Assembly (NCBI RefSeq): GCF_028641065.1
Contig: NC_073390.1
Span: forward strand, 6,014,001-6,078,000
DNA length: 64,000 nucleotides
Direction of reading: 5' to 3'
From: Leucoraja erinacea
Lineage: Eukaryota
Part shown: piece by piece, positions 61,050-64,000 of the stretch
Numbering within the stretch: position 1 is the stretch's first letter
Layout: each line of letters starts with the position of its first letter
The notes under the pieces: model-generated
The model's input: only the letters and a program-made list of their open reading frames with translations
Databases searched by the model: none
What the model was told of the DNA's origin: nothing
Made by a program: the position numbers and the translations under genes

Positions 61050-63890
61050 AGTCACAAAATGAAACGTAGAAACAGGCCCTTTGGCCCAACTTGCCCACAC
61101 CGGCCAACATGTCCCAGCAACGCTAGTCCCACCTTTCTGTGTTTGGTCTATATGCCTCCAAAGCTGTCAACCAATGTACCTGTCTAACTGCTTCTTAAAC
61201 GTTGGGATAGTCCCAACCTCAACGACCTCCTCAGGCAGCTTGTTCCATACACCCACCACCCTTTGTGCGGAAAAAATACCCCTCAGTTCCCTATTAAATG
61301 TTTTCCGCTTCACCTTAAACCCATTAAAATTGAATCTGAATCTGAATGTCCTCTGGTCCACGATTCACCTACTCTGGGCAAATGACTCAATCTATTCCTC
61401 TCATGATCTTATACACCTTTATAAGATCACCCCCTCATCCTCCTGCGCTCCAGGGAATAGAGTCCCAGACTACTCAACCCCTCCCTATAGCTCAGACCCT
61501 CAAGACCTGGCAACATCCTCGTAAATCTTCTCTGTACCCTTTCCAGCTTGACAACATCTTTCCTCTAACATGGTAGTAAACTTTTGGTAGTAAAGAAAGC
61601 AAACTCAATGCGAGGATTTATTTAAAGAGGGCGTGTACAAGAACAGGAATGTAATGTTGAGGCTCCATACAGCACTAGTAAGGCCAAATTTGGAATGCTG
61701 GCTCTGGAGAGGGACCAGTGGAGGTTTACAAGAATGATCCCAGGAATTAGTTGATTAACATATGATGAACATTTGTTGGCCATGGGCTTGTACTCGCTGG
61801 GGTTTAGAAGAATGAGGGAGGACCTCATTGAAACTTACAGAATAGTGAAAGGCTTGAATAGAGTGGATGTGGAGAGGATGTTTCCTCTAATGGGAGAGTC
61901 CAGGACTAGAGGTTATTGCCTCAGAATTAAAGGGCATTCTTTTAGGAAGGAGATGAGGAAAGATTTCTTTAGTCAGAGGGTGGAGAATCTGTGGAATTCT
62001 TTGTCCACAGAAGGCTATGGAGGCCAAGTCAATGGATATTTTAAGGCAGAGATAGATTCTTGATTAGTACAGATGTCAGAGATTATGGGGAGAAGGCAGG
62101 ATAATGGAGTTAGGAGGGAGAGATAGATCAGCCATGATTGAATGCCGGAGTAGACTTGATGGGCCGAATGGCCTAATTCTACTTCCTATTCCTTATGAAC
62201 TTATGGTGCCTAGAACTGATCACAATACTCTAAATGCTTTCCCACCAACATCTTATATAACTGCAACATGACCTTCCAACTTCTATACTCAATACTCTGA
62301 CTGATGAAGGCCAATGTACCAAAAGCCTTTTTGACGACCTTATCTACCTGCGACTCGATTTTAAAGGAACCATGCACATGTACTCCTAGATCCCTCTGCT
62401 CTACGGGGCAGTGTCCGCCGAGTTACCACGCCGCTGAACGGAATGTGCCCCGATAGGCCCGACTTGCCCCACAGGACTCCAAGGGAGCTGCAGAGAAGCC
62501 GGGCGGTGAGGCCTGTCTGGGCCGCAGGAGTCTCAGTGGTGGCGGCAATGGGAGCCTCGGCGGCGGCACCAGGAACCTCAGCGGCAGCAGGATCCTCGGT
62601 GGTGGTGAGGCCTCAACGGCAATGGGATCCTCAGCGAGAGCCTCGGCAACAGCGGGAACCTCGGCCGCAACGGATGCCTCTGCGGTGGTGGTGCCTCGCG
62701 ATCGACCTGCAATCAGCAGTCGATGAGCGTGTGGGGTGGGAGGGGAAGACAATGGGGACCCGGCCTGGGGGAACTGCCGTGAAGAACAATGGGACCCGGT
62801 GTGGGGGAGGGAGCACTCTAGTTTTAGAATCCCCTGTCCAGGGGATAAGTCAGCGTTTGTTTCTTTGTACGTTCGGCCCTGAGAAGGTGCTGTGCACATG
62901 GCTGCCAGGCAACAGTCGCTTGTCTTTTTTTCTCACATTTAATTTTAATTTCAAGTTTTCGTGTACCTTGTGTGGTGTGACTGTTGGCAGACCAATCTCC
63001 CTCCAGGGATGAAAAAAGTTTTATCGTATCGTACAACATTCCCCAGAGCCCTACCATTCATTGGGTTGGTCCTGCCCATGTTCGACTTGCAAAATGCAAC
63101 CTCACATTTCTCTGTATTAAATTCCATCAACCATTCCTCAGCCCACCCGGCCAATCGATCAAGATCCTGCTGCAATCTTTCACAACCATCTCCACTATTT
63201 GCAAAACCACTCATTCTTGTATCATCAGCAAACTTGCTAACCTTGCCATGTATGTTCTCATCAAAATCATTGATGTAGATGATAAACAGTAACGGGGCCC
63301 AGCACCGAATCCTGAGGCACACCACTAGTCACAGGCCTCCTGTCTGAGAAGCAACCTTCCACCATCACCCTCTGCTTCTTTCCATGAAGCCAATTTTTTA
63401 TCCATTCAGCTTTCTATCCTTGGATCCCATGCAATCTATCCTTCCAGAGTGGCCAATGCGGAACCTTGTCGAATGCCTTACTGAAATATAATCTAGTTTA
63501 AACCCAACTGTGTAGCATTAGCAAACCTGCCTAGCCAAGATGTTGGTAACTCTCCAGTTAAGGTGCAACCCGTCCCTTTTGTACAGATCGCCCCATCCCC
63601 ACCAAATCCTCAGCCACACATTCATCTCCCCATCTTTCTGTTCTTATCCTCACTAGCACGAGGTGCTAAGTAGTAATCCAGGGATAACTAACCTGGAGGT
63701 CCTGCTTTTCCGCCTTTTCACCTAATTCCCTAAACTCATGTTGCAGAATCTCCTTTTTCTTCCTTCCTTGATCATTTGTGCCAACATGCACAATAATTTC
63801 TGGCTGCTTCCCCAGCCTCTTGAGGATGTCATGCAGCCGCTCCGAGACGTCCTGGACCCTGGCACCAGGGAGGCAACACACTATCCGCAG
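61050..63890. mobile_element. Minus-strand CR1 interrupted by a plus-strand CR1 (about 61590-62200) and a GC-rich insert (62404-63033)
   Basis: aacatggt at 61568 resumes as atggtgcctagaac at 62203; KFADD at about 63220; CCLPGARVQDV..HVGTND (ORF1 SGNH-like) at 63666-63881. Confidence 0.85.
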
Positions 63891-64000
63891 AATTTCCTGT
63901 CCGTACCTCTAATTTAGTTTAGATTAGAGATACAGCGCAGAAACAGGTTGTGCCACTGGGTCCGCGCCGACCAGTGATCCCCGCATATTAACACTACACA

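Overview
Vertebrate genomic DNA, most likely a cartilaginous fish (skate/ray/shark), inferred from HE1/V-SINE-type SINEs, abundant CR1 LINEs and Penelope-like elements (PLEs). Two spliced genes lie in tandem on the minus strand. A complete three-exon C2orf72-like gene spans CDS 59672->44857 (about 292 aa). The first 13 coding exons of PSMD1 (26S proteasome subunit Rpn2) run from 32658 to 1167 and continue off the left edge. This matches the human C2orf72-PSMD1 order. Exon boundaries were read by hand: phases are continuous, and all junctions are GT-AG except one GC-AG intron. The rest of the window is mostly decayed mobile DNA: CR1, Rex1/Babar-like and RTE LINE pieces, V-SINEs, a Tc1 element, Harbinger-like and hAT MITEs, unclassified foldback elements and many PLE fragments. 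The most interesting signal is a PLE-derived family whose end carries a minimal hammerhead-ribozyme motif (CTGAAGA-A-GGG-loop-CCC-GAAACGTH), with about 14 copies on both strands. These often occur as inverted pairs or very small inserts with 11-16 bp target-site duplications (TSDs). One young 850-bp inverted cassette sits about 280 nt past the C2orf72 stop codon. PLE hammerheads are a known class, so any function here is a hypothesis. I found no evidence for a wholly new protein-coding system.
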